Source: an uncultured archaeon
GTDB taxonomy: Archaea; Iainarchaeota; Iainarchaeia; Iainarchaeales; CSSED10-239
Reading direction: 5' to 3'
Assembly (NCBI GenBank): GCA_964586355.1
Contig: CAZPGO010000010.1
Span: 1 to 7,843, forward strand
DNA length: 7,843 nucleotides
The notes under the pieces are model-generated. The model was not told the origin of the DNA and searched no databases. It saw only the letters and a program-made list of their open reading frames with translations. The first letter of the stretch is position 1; each line of letters opens with the position of its first letter. A program made the translations under genes and the position numbers. Below, one piece after another: positions 1-7,329 of this stretch.

Positions 1-75
1 ATTAAAGGAGAGACATATTTATATTTTTTAAACAAAAATTTTTTTCTTAATTTAGATCTGTTTTTTTTGGATAAC

Positions 76-99
76 ATAATAATAATAATAATAATAATA
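76..99. repeat. (ATA)8 trinucleotide microsatellite in an A-tract-rich intergenic region
   Basis: Read directly: eight perfect ATA units at 76..99. They are followed by A8 (120-127), A7 (129-135), A7 (158-164) and A8 (166-173) tracts upstream of the first CDS. Confidence 0.9.
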
Positions 100-145
100 T
101 ATAAAGATTACTAAAAACTAAAAAAAACAAAAAAACAAATAGAAA

Positions 146-160
146 AATATAAAATATAAA
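146..160 (+). promoter_or_regulatory. Candidate archaeal TATA-box region for the pilin-like operon
   Basis: The sequence 'tataaaatataaa' is centred about 25-28 nt upstream of the ATG at 177. This matches archaeal TATA spacing for a leaderless or near-leaderless mRNA. The AT-rich background makes this weak evidence. Confidence 0.25.
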
Positions 161-176
161 AAAACAAAAAAAACTT

Positions 177-362
177 ATGATTAAAAAAATAATTAAAGAA
201 GAATCAGCACAGATCTCTGCAGAAATGATTATTTTGCTTGCTGCAATAATTGCTATTGTCTTAGTAATTGTTACACAATTACAAAAAACAACAACCAAAG
301 CAAATAAAAGTGTGGAAAAAAGCTCTGATAAGGTTTTTGATAAAATAAATAAAATAGATTAA
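177..362 (+). CDS. Class III signal peptide (archaeal type IV pilin-like) small protein
   Basis: 61 aa. The N-terminus MIKKIIKEESAQISAEMIILLAAIIAIVLVIV has a short charged leader, a [GA]-Q-I-S-x-E motif and a hydrophobic helix. This is the archaeal prepilin/class III signal (DUF361-like QxSxE pattern). Its stop directly abuts the next ATG (taaATG at 360-365). Confidence 0.7.
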   Translation: MIKKIIKEESAQISAEMIILLAAIIAIVLVIVTQLQKTTTKANKSVEKSSDKVFDKINKID

Positions 363-761
363 ATGAAAAAAGGTTTTTTAAGTATAGAATATATTTTATT
401 AGTTGCAGCTGTTGTGTCTGCAATTAGTGTGCTGGTTACTTCTGGTATTGGAATATATACTAAAAACCTAAATGCTATTGATAACTATAAACTAGATTCT
501 TTTTCTGAAAATCTTCAAAATAACATCTATTTATTAGAACTTAACAGCAATTCTAAAAACTCTTTTGAAATAACAACCATAAATGAATGGACATTAAAAA
601 AAACTAATAAAAATTGCTTAAATATAGAAAACAAACAAAAAACAAAAACAATTTGCTCTTCTTATATTCTTAGCTATAATAGATCTACTATTACTGATTA
701 CTTAAAAATAACCCTAGAACATAAAAACAATACTATTTATTTATATTTTCAATCAAAATAA
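363..761 (+). CDS. Class III signal peptide (archaeal pilin-like) protein
   Basis: 132 aa. The N-terminus MKKGFLSIEYILLVAAVVSAISVLV has a KKG|F cleavage-like site, Glu at +5 and a hydrophobic helix. The rest is Asn/Thr/Ser-rich and looks extracellular. It is translationally abutted to the upstream pilin-like ORF. Confidence 0.65.
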   Translation: MKKGFLSIEYILLVAAVVSAISVLVTSGIGIYTKNLNAIDNYKLDSFSENLQNNIYLLELNSNSKNSFEITTINEWTLKKTNKNCLNIENKQKTKTICSSYILSYNRSTITDYLKITLEHKNNTIYLYFQSK

Positions 762-765
762 AAGT

Positions 766-1281
766 ATGGACACTAGTAAACTTGCACAATACATTTTATT
801 TCCAGGAATTATTTTTCACGAACTAGCTCATGCTTTTGCATGTGTGTTATTTAATGTACCTATTAAAAAAATAAAATGGGTTGGTAAGGATGGAGGGTAT
901 GTTATACATGAAAACTCTAAGTCATATAAGATCATTATTATTGCATTGTTCCCTTTTCTGTTTAATATTTTTATATCATTAATTTTTGCAAGAATCTTTC
1001 TTTTAAATGAGTTATTAGTTATAAAACTAGTTTCAGTTTGGTTAGCCTCTTCAGCTTTGTTTTTCTGTGTGCCTAGTGCACAAGATAACAATAATTGTAT
1101 TTCAACATTAAAGGAAAGCTATACAAAAAAACAAAGCTTTTTGGTGTTACTAATAAAGATCTTATTATTTCCAATACCCTTAACAATAATAACAATCTGT
1201 AATATTTTTAAATTTCTAGACAAATTTATATTATTTAGAGTGTTTTTAGTAGTTTTTTGGTTCTATTTGTTTATTATCTAA
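766..1281 (+). CDS. Multi-pass membrane protein with N-terminal HExxH motif (putative zincin-like membrane metallopeptidase, DUF3267-like)
   Basis: 171 aa. HELAH lies at aa 18-22 (nt 817..831), followed by about four hydrophobic segments. It starts 4 nt after the preceding stop, so it is in the same operon as the two pilin-like genes. The family assignment comes from motif and topology only. Confidence 0.55.
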   Translation: MDTSKLAQYILFPGIIFHELAHAFACVLFNVPIKKIKWVGKDGGYVIHENSKSYKIIIIALFPFLFNIFISLIFARIFLLNELLVIKLVSVWLASSALFFCVPSAQDNNNCISTLKESYTKKQSFLVLLIKILLFPIPLTIITICNIFKFLDKFILFRVFLVVFWFYLFII

Positions 1282-1358
1282 AATAATTATATTTAAATAG
1301 ATTCCTAAACAAAATATTATATACTATTAAACTCTTATTTTAAAAAAAGGAAAAAAAT

Positions 1359-1559
1359 ATGGACTTAACAAAATATGAAATAACCAGAATAATTGCTGCA
1401 AGAGCTCAACAGCTATCCTGTGGAGCACCAGCATTAGTAAAAACAAATAAAGAAAGTACAGCTTATAGTATATCTAGAGCAGAATTTGAGAATAAAAGTA
1501 TTCCTTTAGCAATTATAAGAAAAAACAATAATAAAAAAGAAATTATTTCAATAAATTAA
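1359..1559 (+). CDS. rpoK: DNA-directed RNA polymerase subunit K (Rpo6/RpoK, omega/Rpb6 family)
   Basis: 66 aa. LTKYEITRIIAARAQQLSCGAPALV matches the conserved Rpo6 core (LT+FE.ARIIG.RA.QLS.GAP.L). The size is typical for archaeal RpoK. Confidence 0.85.
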   Translation: MDLTKYEITRIIAARAQQLSCGAPALVKTNKESTAYSISRAEFENKSIPLAIIRKNNNKKEIISIN

Positions 1560-1573
1560 AAAGGTGTTAATAT

Positions 1574-1846
1574 ATGGGTAAGGCAATGTCTAACAAGATA
1601 AAAGCAAAAGCAAAAATACTATTAAATGAATTTAAATCAGATTTTGGCACAGATTTTACAAAAAACAAAGACTTTTTAAAAAGTATAAATTTACCATTAT
1701 CAAAATTAACTATTAACTTAATGTCTGGTTATATTACTAGATATATAAAAAATGAGAAAAAAGAGCAAGAAGCTTTAAAAATAAAAGTACAAGATAGTAA
1801 AGTAGTACCAACAAAAGCTCCAACAGACAAAACTATTTCTCACTAA
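1574..1846 (+). CDS. rps17e: 30S ribosomal protein eS17 (S17e)
   Basis: 90 aa. It starts MGK and carries the eS17 pattern ..K.KAK.LL.EF...FGTDFT.NKDFL..I.LP.SK.L.N.M.GYITRY.K (compare eukaryotic/archaeal eS17 'DF..NK......I.SKKLRN.IAGYVT'). An AGGTG Shine-Dalgarno sits at 1561-1565, 8 nt upstream of the ATG. Confidence 0.75.
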   Translation: MGKAMSNKIKAKAKILLNEFKSDFGTDFTKNKDFLKSINLPLSKLTINLMSGYITRYIKNEKKEQEALKIKVQDSKVVPTKAPTDKTISH

Positions 1847-1855
1847 TTTTTTTTT
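1847..1855 (+). terminator. Oligo-T (T9) tract immediately after the rps17e stop; candidate archaeal terminator
   Basis: T9 is read directly at 1847..1855, right after TAA 1844-1846. Archaeal RNAP terminates at oligo-T runs. The tract overlaps the stop codon of convergent pelota. Confidence 0.35.
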
Positions 1856-2879
1856 AAATATTTATTGCAAATCTCAAATTAGCAACAACTCCTGAAAAAG
1901 AATTTAGAGATCTGCTTATTTCGTGTTTTGAATCTACTATGTGTACCTTAGCATTTACTTTTTCTGCATTTTTTACAATTTCTTGAATTTCATTTAGATT
2001 TTCCTGCCAAAGTTTTTCAGAAACTAAAATTGTTTCAATAGCACCTATCTCTATTGCTGTTTTTATTTGCTTTAAACCATAAATTGCCTTATTATTATCT
2101 TTACCTAGATTCTCTAAAAAAAGATCAAATATTTTTTGCTCTTTATAAATTATTGAATTTTCAAAAAATTTAGAAACTTCCGGTTTTTTAAACAATTCAG
2201 AGATTGAAGATCTAGAAGTATTTTGAATATTTACTTCTAAAATCTCTTTTTTGATCTTTGGTTTTATAAAATCCACAAACTGTTTTTTTGTATACCCACA
2301 GCCAGCAACAATTATTGGAATATCTGTTGGAATTATTTTTTCTATATTTAAAAAATATTCCTTAATATTAAAATTAGAAGAATATCTTTTACCAGTTTTT
2401 CCTGAATTAATTGTTGCAACATCATTTACTCCAATATCACTTAATTTGTAAATATTTGCACATTCATCATCAAGCACAATAACCAAAACATTTGAATTTG
2501 TTTTAGAGGTTTTTTCTAATAGATCTATTTGGTGTTTAAAAAAAACTTCTTTTTTTAGAGTGTAGCTTTTATTTAATTGGACCTCTAATGTATGATAATC
2601 ACCAATAGGAGCAAACTCTAATGGTTTAGCATCAATAATTCTTCCAGTAAATCTTAAGGATTTTAAACTTTGTGAAAAATCATATTTTTCAATACAAATA
2701 TGAACAAAAACAGGTTTTCTTTCAGAATCGTTTGTTTCTTCAGCACCTTTTTGCCTTCTATAACTAAGCCCACTAACAACATCGTTAGTATTAGCTACTG
2801 TTTTTATAGCCCAAAGGTCTTCAATTGTTTGAGCAACAAACACTAGTTCTCCTTCTTTTGTTAATTTTATTATTTGCAT
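1854..2879 (-). CDS. pelA: mRNA surveillance / ribosome rescue protein Pelota (Dom34 homologue)
   Basis: 341 aa. The N-terminus (EGELVFVAQTIEDLWAIKTVANTNDVVSGLSYRR) matches the Pelota Sm-like domain. The central part has IIVAGCGYTKKQF. The C-terminal eRF1-domain-3-like segment is YGLKQIKTAIEIGAIETILVSEKL. There is no GGQ or NIKS motif, which argues against aRF1. Confidence 0.85.
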   Translation of the reverse strand: MQIIKLTKEGELVFVAQTIEDLWAIKTVANTNDVVSGLSYRRQKGAEETNDSERKPVFVHICIEKYDFSQSLKSLRFTGRIIDAKPLEFAPIGDYHTLEVQLNKSYTLKKEVFFKHQIDLLEKTSKTNSNVLVIVLDDECANIYKLSDIGVNDVATINSGKTGKRYSSNFNIKEYFLNIEKIIPTDIPIIVAGCGYTKKQFVDFIKPKIKKEILEVNIQNTSRSSISELFKKPEVSKFFENSIIYKEQKIFDLFLENLGKDNNKAIYGLKQIKTAIEIGAIETILVSEKLWQENLNEIQEIVKNAEKVNAKVHIVDSKHEISRSLNSFSGVVANLRFAINI

Positions 2880-2886
2880 ATTAAAC

Positions 2887-4419
2887 TCAGTCTAAAAGAT
2901 CTTCTTCCATATATGTTGGAACCTTAAGCTCAAGTATTTTTAGTATTGTTGGTGCAATATTTGCAATACTGTATTCTTTATCCATCTTTAAAGAATATTT
3001 ATCTTTAGAGAGGAGAATAAAAGGTACTTTGTTTAGGGTGTGAGAGGTGTTAATAGATCCGTCTTTATTAATCATCATATCACAGTTACCATGATCTGCA
3101 GTGATTATTAAAGTTGTTGTGTTTAGATCTACTTTTTTTAAAATCAAAGCTAAACACTGATCAATTGTTTTTAAGGCTTTTACTGCTGCTTTAATATTTC
3201 CCGTATGCCCCACCATATCTCCGTTTGCAAAGTTTACTAAAATAAACTTGTATTCTTTATTTATATTTTCTAATAACTTTTGAGTTATTATTTTTACAGA
3301 CATCTCTGGTTTTAGATCATAAGTTAAAACACCAGGAGAAGGCACTAATATTCTTGATTCTTTTTTGTTTGGTTTTTCTTGACCTAAATTAAAAAAATAA
3401 GTAACATGCGCAAACTTTTCTGTTTCTGCTAATCTCAATTGCCTATATCCTAGTTTAGAAATAATTTGTCCTAGACCTGGTTTTTGTTTTCCAGGAGGAA
3501 ACATTACTTTTAAATTTTTTAACTTTGAATCATATTCTGTTAAAGTAATAAAATTAACATTAATCTTTTTAGTATTAAAAACATCAAACCTTTTATCCAC
3601 AAACATTCTAGTAAACATTCTTGCACGATCGCTTCTAAAGTTAAAAAACAACATAGTATCATTATTTTTAATTAATGAAGAGGTATCAAACAAAGTAGGT
3701 TCTAAAAATTCATCTGTAATTTTTTTATTATAACTTTTTTCTATAAAATCTATTGGATCATCTTTACTTATAGAACCTTTACCACAAACCAAAAGATCAT
3801 AAACTTTTTTTAAACGATCCCAATGATTATCTCTATCCATTCCATAATATCTTCCAGAAATACTAGCAATAGACATTTTTTTTGTTTTTTTTGAGATTAA
3901 TTCCTCCAAGAAAGATTTTCCACTATGTGGATCTGTATCTCTTCCATCTGTAAAAAGATGAAGGTATATTTGAGAAATATTTTCATATTTTTTTAAAATA
4001 TTTAATATAGAATAAAATTGATCTTTATGAGAATGAACGCCACCATCACTTAACAAACCAACCAAATGAAGACTTTGATTACCTTTTATTTTTTTTAAGT
4101 TTTTTACTAAAACTTTGTTTTTTGCAAAAGCTCCTGTTTTTATTGCTTTGTTTATTCTTATAATTTCAGAATCAATTATTCTTCCAGCACCAAAAGTAGA
4201 ATGCCCAACTTCAGAAGAACCTATCTGTCCTTCAGGAAGCCCTACAAACTTTTCTGAAGCACCTAACTTTGTATAAGGATATTTCTTTTTTAAATTTTCA
4301 AGAGTATTCATTTCTGCAACACTAACAGCATTACCAGAATATGCTCTATTAACTCCAACGCCATCTAAGACTAACAAAACCACTTTATTTTTGTTTTTCA
4401 TATTTTCTCTTATTTTCAT
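2887..4419 (-). CDS. gpmI: 2,3-bisphosphoglycerate-independent phosphoglycerate mutase, bacterial-type (GpmI, about 510 aa)
   Basis: It has VLLVLDGVG near the N-terminus, the catalytic-Ser motif GSSEVGHSTFGAGRI, the metal-site motifs NFANGDMVGHTGN and ITADHGNCD, and the expected 510 aa length. The annotated start overlaps the priL 3' end by 35 nt. An alternative start at M7 (4401) would still overlap by 17 nt. Confidence 0.93.
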   Translation of the reverse strand: MKIRENMKNKNKVVLLVLDGVGVNRAYSGNAVSVAEMNTLENLKKKYPYTKLGASEKFVGLPEGQIGSSEVGHSTFGAGRIIDSEIIRINKAIKTGAFAKNKVLVKNLKKIKGNQSLHLVGLLSDGGVHSHKDQFYSILNILKKYENISQIYLHLFTDGRDTDPHSGKSFLEELISKKTKKMSIASISGRYYGMDRDNHWDRLKKVYDLLVCGKGSISKDDPIDFIEKSYNKKITDEFLEPTLFDTSSLIKNNDTMLFFNFRSDRARMFTRMFVDKRFDVFNTKKINVNFITLTEYDSKLKNLKVMFPPGKQKPGLGQIISKLGYRQLRLAETEKFAHVTYFFNLGQEKPNKKESRILVPSPGVLTYDLKPEMSVKIITQKLLENINKEYKFILVNFANGDMVGHTGNIKAAVKALKTIDQCLALILKKVDLNTTTLIITADHGNCDMMINKDGSINTSHTLNKVPFILLSKDKYSLKMDKEYSIANIAPTILKILELKVPTYMEEDLLD

Positions 4420-5395
4420 TTTTATTTGTTAATAATTGCAAAGGATGTTTTACCTTACAATCTTTTACACATAATCCATTTGATTTTAGATTACTACAGT
4501 TTGCTACAGAATACTGTTTTTCAATAATCTTTTTTATTTGATATCCTGCAATCTTTTCATCAAAGTTTGGTAAATTTTTATAAATATGTAAAATCTCATC
4601 ATAGTCATATCCAACATTACTTAAAAAAACAGCAAAGTGAAAGTTTGCTATATGAGACAATTTTCTTCTGGCTAAAAGATCATTATATAATTTTGCAAAG
4701 CAAGGTGGAAATTCTTCTTCTTTTGGTTTATTAATGGATTGAAAGGACATACTTGCCTTTGCATCAGAAAAATACTTTTTTTTTATATCTTCTGAGTATG
4801 ATAAAAATATTTTAGGTATTTCTTTTTTATTTATTTCTGTGGTTCTTAATATTCTTTTTTTTAAAACTACTGAAACAAAATCAATAAGTTCTTTAGAATT
4901 ATTAAAATAGATCTTTCCGTTATTTAGATTAGAATATTGTAATTTATAATCATCTCCTAAGTCTAAAGACAAAAGATCTATTAAATCTATAAAATAACTC
5001 TCTTCTTTTTTCAGATTTGGAGTTAGATCACTTAAGATCTCTTCAATTTCATCATATTTACTGTCTTCAAAAGCCTTTTGTAAAAAATATCTTAGTTGTG
5101 CTTGATAGTAGTTAGCTAGTGATTGATTTATTGGGCTATAGTCAATAATTGAAAGAAAGATTTTAGACAAAGGATAGATGCTTACATATACCTTTGCTTC
5201 CAATTCATAATTTTTTTTAAGATCTTTATACCACTCTTTTTCTCTATTTAAATCTAAGATTGTAACTGTTAAAAAATATTTTGCTTTTTCTAATAATTTT
5301 TCTTCAACAGAGAAAAGATCTAGATTTTGGGTATCTAGATATTCTTTTGCTTTTTTTGAGAAGGGGTATTTTATTAGATAATTGTAATTAAACAT
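4385..5395 (-). CDS. priL: DNA primase large (regulatory) subunit PriL
   Basis: 336 aa. It has a YPFSKKAKEYL-type N-terminus. The C-terminal Fe-S domain pattern is PPCFAKLYNDLLARRKLSHIANFHFAVFLSNVGYDYDEI ... YSVANCSNLKSNGLCVKDC, with Cys residues positioned as in archaeal/eukaryotic PriL. Confidence 0.85.
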   Translation of the reverse strand: MFNYNYLIKYPFSKKAKEYLDTQNLDLFSVEEKLLEKAKYFLTVTILDLNREKEWYKDLKKNYELEAKVYVSIYPLSKIFLSIIDYSPINQSLANYYQAQLRYFLQKAFEDSKYDEIEEILSDLTPNLKKEESYFIDLIDLLSLDLGDDYKLQYSNLNNGKIYFNNSKELIDFVSVVLKKRILRTTEINKKEIPKIFLSYSEDIKKKYFSDAKASMSFQSINKPKEEEFPPCFAKLYNDLLARRKLSHIANFHFAVFLSNVGYDYDEILHIYKNLPNFDEKIAGYQIKKIIEKQYSVANCSNLKSNGLCVKDCKVKHPLQLLTNKNENKRKYEKQK

Positions 5396-5499
5396 AAATA
5401 TATATAAGAAGTAAAGAAATAAAAATCTCTTTGTTTTTAAGAAAAGTAATCATCAATAGTTATTATTAAATAAGGTCAGCAAAATAAAATATTTAACTC

Positions 5500-5512
5500 A
5501 AAAAATCAAAAA
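5500..5512 (-). terminator. T5-GA-T6 oligo-T tracts just downstream of the RT stop (- strand); candidate archaeal terminator
   Basis: The - strand reads taa-tatg-ttttt-ga-tttttt immediately after the RT stop at 5521-5523. This is a sequence-only call in an AT-rich background. Confidence 0.3.
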
Positions 5513-5520
5513 CATATTAA

Positions 5521-6576
5521 TTAAAATTTACAAAAATCTTTTTGTAATTTATTCTTTAGTTTAATACAATCAGCATGTTTAAGATATCCAAAAAAACTAT
5601 TAATTGATGATTCTAATGATGATCTGGTCAATTTTTTCGTATTATATTTAATTAATAGCTTTTTTGTTCTTTTCTTAAATCTTTTTATATTAATAGATCT
5701 TACTCTCACAAAATCAGGATAAATTTGATAACCAACAAAATCAACACCTGTTTTAGTTAGTCTAATTTTTGCTTTATTTATTGGTAGATCTAATTTTAAT
5801 TCTTTATTTAAATATTTACGAATAATTTCTTTAGACATATGCAATTCTTTTTTAGAATCAGAAAAAATTAAAAAATCATCTACATATCTAAAGTAATGTT
5901 TAATTTTTAGTTTGTTTTTCACAAATTGATCTAATTCATTTAAATAAATATTAGAAAACAATTGGGAAGTTAAATTGCCTATTGGTATTCCTTTCTTAGC
6001 TCCAAATTCTGAATGGTCGCTATCAATTATTTTAAAAATAACTGTTAATAGCTTTTTATCTTTTATTTTCTTAGAAATTATTTTTTTTAAAATATCTTGA
6101 TCTATACTTAGAAAATACTTTTTAATATCACATTTTAAAAAATATTTGGGTGGATTTTTGCTTTGAATAATTTTTTTTAATCTAAATAATCCTTTGTGTA
6201 TACCTTTGTTTTTCCTACAAGCATAAGAATCATAAATAAAAGATTTTTCAAAAATAGGTTCAATTATCTTTTGGATTGCATGATGAAGTACTCTATCTTT
6301 AAAGGACACAAACTTTATTGTTCGTTCTTTTGGTTTGTATATTTTAAATGTAGAATAAGGTCCAAAAACATAATTATTTGTGATTAATTCTTTTTGTAAA
6401 GAAAACAACTCTTTTTCATAATTAAAAAAATAATTAGTTATTTCAAAAGATCTTGGTTTTGATTTTTTTGCCAAAATATATGCATTATATAAATTATTAA
6501 AAGATATAAATTTTTGCCAAAGATTATTGTATGATTTCATAATAAAACTTACTTTGCAAAAAATGATTTTCGCCAT
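5521..6576 (-). CDS. Diversity-generating retroelement reverse transcriptase (Brt-like)
   Basis: The RT domains are colinear with Bordetella phage Brt. They are NLYNAY..AKKSK, YKPKERTI.FVSFKDRVLHHA, YACRKNKGIHKG, KCDIKKYF.SI, the DGR-diagnostic IGNLTSQ (nt 5962..5982) and the catalytic YVDD (nt 5875..5886). The compact size (about 340 aa) has no maturase or endonuclease domains. The true start is more likely M13 (ATG at 6540, MKSYNNLWQKF...) than the first ATG at 6576. Confidence 0.93.
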   Translation of the reverse strand: MAKIIFCKVSFIMKSYNNLWQKFISFNNLYNAYILAKKSKPRSFEITNYFFNYEKELFSLQKELITNNYVFGPYSTFKIYKPKERTIKFVSFKDRVLHHAIQKIIEPIFEKSFIYDSYACRKNKGIHKGLFRLKKIIQSKNPPKYFLKCDIKKYFLSIDQDILKKIISKKIKDKKLLTVIFKIIDSDHSEFGAKKGIPIGNLTSQLFSNIYLNELDQFVKNKLKIKHYFRYVDDFLIFSDSKKELHMSKEIIRKYLNKELKLDLPINKAKIRLTKTGVDFVGYQIYPDFVRVRSINIKRFKKRTKKLLIKYNTKKLTRSSLESSINSFFGYLKHADCIKLKNKLQKDFCKF

Positions 6577-6775
6577 TCCGAAAAGCTACTAACCATTTTT
6601 TACAAAGATTTTTTGTTTTTGCGGTATCTCTTTTTACATACTATAAAAAGGCAATTTATTAGCTACCGAAGAAATTATCAGATGTAGTTCTTTTTACAAC
6701 AAATATTGTATGTCCTTAAACATACAAAACCCCGACAATTCCAATTTGCAAACCAAATTTTTTGGATAAAGACTA

Positions 6776-6900
6776 CTATGCGCACCGAAACCCGATGTTA
6801 TAGTTCTGGTTACTTGTCCCGTTGTTCAAGTTCAAGGCTAAAAGACCTGTGTTAGTTCCATTGTTCCAATTGCCACCGCGCAGAAACTAAAGACTTGAAA
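6776..6900 (-). repeat. DGR template repeat (TR), non-coding; boundaries approximate because no VR is available to align
   Basis: The - strand 6886..6779 reads ttt ctg cgc ggt ggc aat tgg aac aat gga act aac aca ggt ctt tta gcc ttg aac ttg aac aac ggg aca agt aac cag aac tat aac atc ggg ttt cgg tgc gca. This translates to FLRGGNWNNGTNTGLLALNLNNGTSNQNYNIGFRCA. It is flanked in frame by TAG on both sides (6887-6889 and 6776-6778). There are ten AAY codons. RGG.W....GFRC is the C-type-lectin/FGE-fold DGR variable-region signature. The segment is a local GC island in an AT-rich window. Confidence 0.85.
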
Positions 6901-6972
6901 AACAGCAAAATACCGATAATCCCTCGTTCTTTAAAGAACCAATTATAAAAAAGAACAAAAACTTTAAATAGT

Positions 6973-7314
6973 TTACTTTATAGAAAATTTAGAAATTAAT
7001 CCACCAACTAATTGTCCAATCTTAGAGATTTTTTTTTCAGCAGTTTCATATTTTTTAAAATCAATTATTTTTAAATCTTTTGATATTCTTACTAAAATTC
7101 TTAATTTTTCTAAATTAATATCTGCTTCTCTTAAATAAACTTCTTTATTATAATTTTTATTTGCACAAACTAAATTTTCTATTAATAATAGATTAAGATC
7201 TTCTAATCTCTTACCAATAACTGATTTTTTTGTTTTTGGAAATTTATCTATAACATTATTTAACCACAAAAAAAGATCATAAGCTTCTTTAAATGCTTTT
7301 AAATCTTGATACAT
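6973..7314 (-). CDS. avd: Accessory variability determinant (Avd-like four-helix-bundle protein)
   Basis: 113 aa, predicted all-helical and basic. AYDLFLWLNNVIDKFPKTKKSVIGKRLEDL...EKLRILVRIS...KKYETAEKKISKIGQLVGGLI parallels Bordetella bAvd (..FPK/IPRKHG.., ..LAMLRFWLR.., ..ETAQVLIAEVGRILGSWI). It sits immediately upstream of the TR and RT. Confidence 0.8.
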   Translation of the reverse strand: MYQDLKAFKEAYDLFLWLNNVIDKFPKTKKSVIGKRLEDLNLLLIENLVCANKNYNKEVYLREADINLEKLRILVRISKDLKIIDFKKYETAEKKISKIGQLVGGLISKFSIK

Positions 7315-7329
7315 GTAAATAACACAATT

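Noticed and set aside
1-111. + strand frame 1 open from the left edge (IKGETYLYFLNKNFFLNLDLFFLDNIIIIIIIYKDY*)
   Set aside because: It is a low-complexity product of T/A tracts and the microsatellite, with no evidence of a real gene end.
47-298. 83-aa - strand ORF (MVVVFCNCV...LLLLLL...)
   Set aside because: It is a low-complexity translation of the A/T tracts and the (ATA)n microsatellite. It is antisense to the well-supported pilin-like CDS and has no recognisable motif.
828-1091. 87-aa - strand ORF inside the HExxH membrane protein gene
   Set aside because: It is an antisense shadow ORF within a better-supported, operon-embedded CDS, with no motifs.
2251-2451. 66-aa + strand ORF inside pelota
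   Set aside because: It is an antisense shadow ORF. The opposite strand encodes a full-length, recognisable Pelota.
1854-2879. The 341-aa eRF1-fold protein as peptide chain release factor aRF1
   Set aside because: There is no GGQ or NIKS motif. Its length and N-terminal Sm-like domain fit Pelota.
6196-6387. 63-aa + strand ORF inside the RT gene
   Set aside because: It is an antisense shadow ORF opposite conserved RT domains.
5521-6576. The RT as a group II intron, retron or Abi-type RT
   Set aside because: It has no maturase/X or endonuclease domain and no intron domain V/VI-like RNA. There is no msr/msd-like inverted-repeat ncRNA. The presence of IGNLTSQ, an adjacent Avd and an AAY-rich TR instead points to a DGR.
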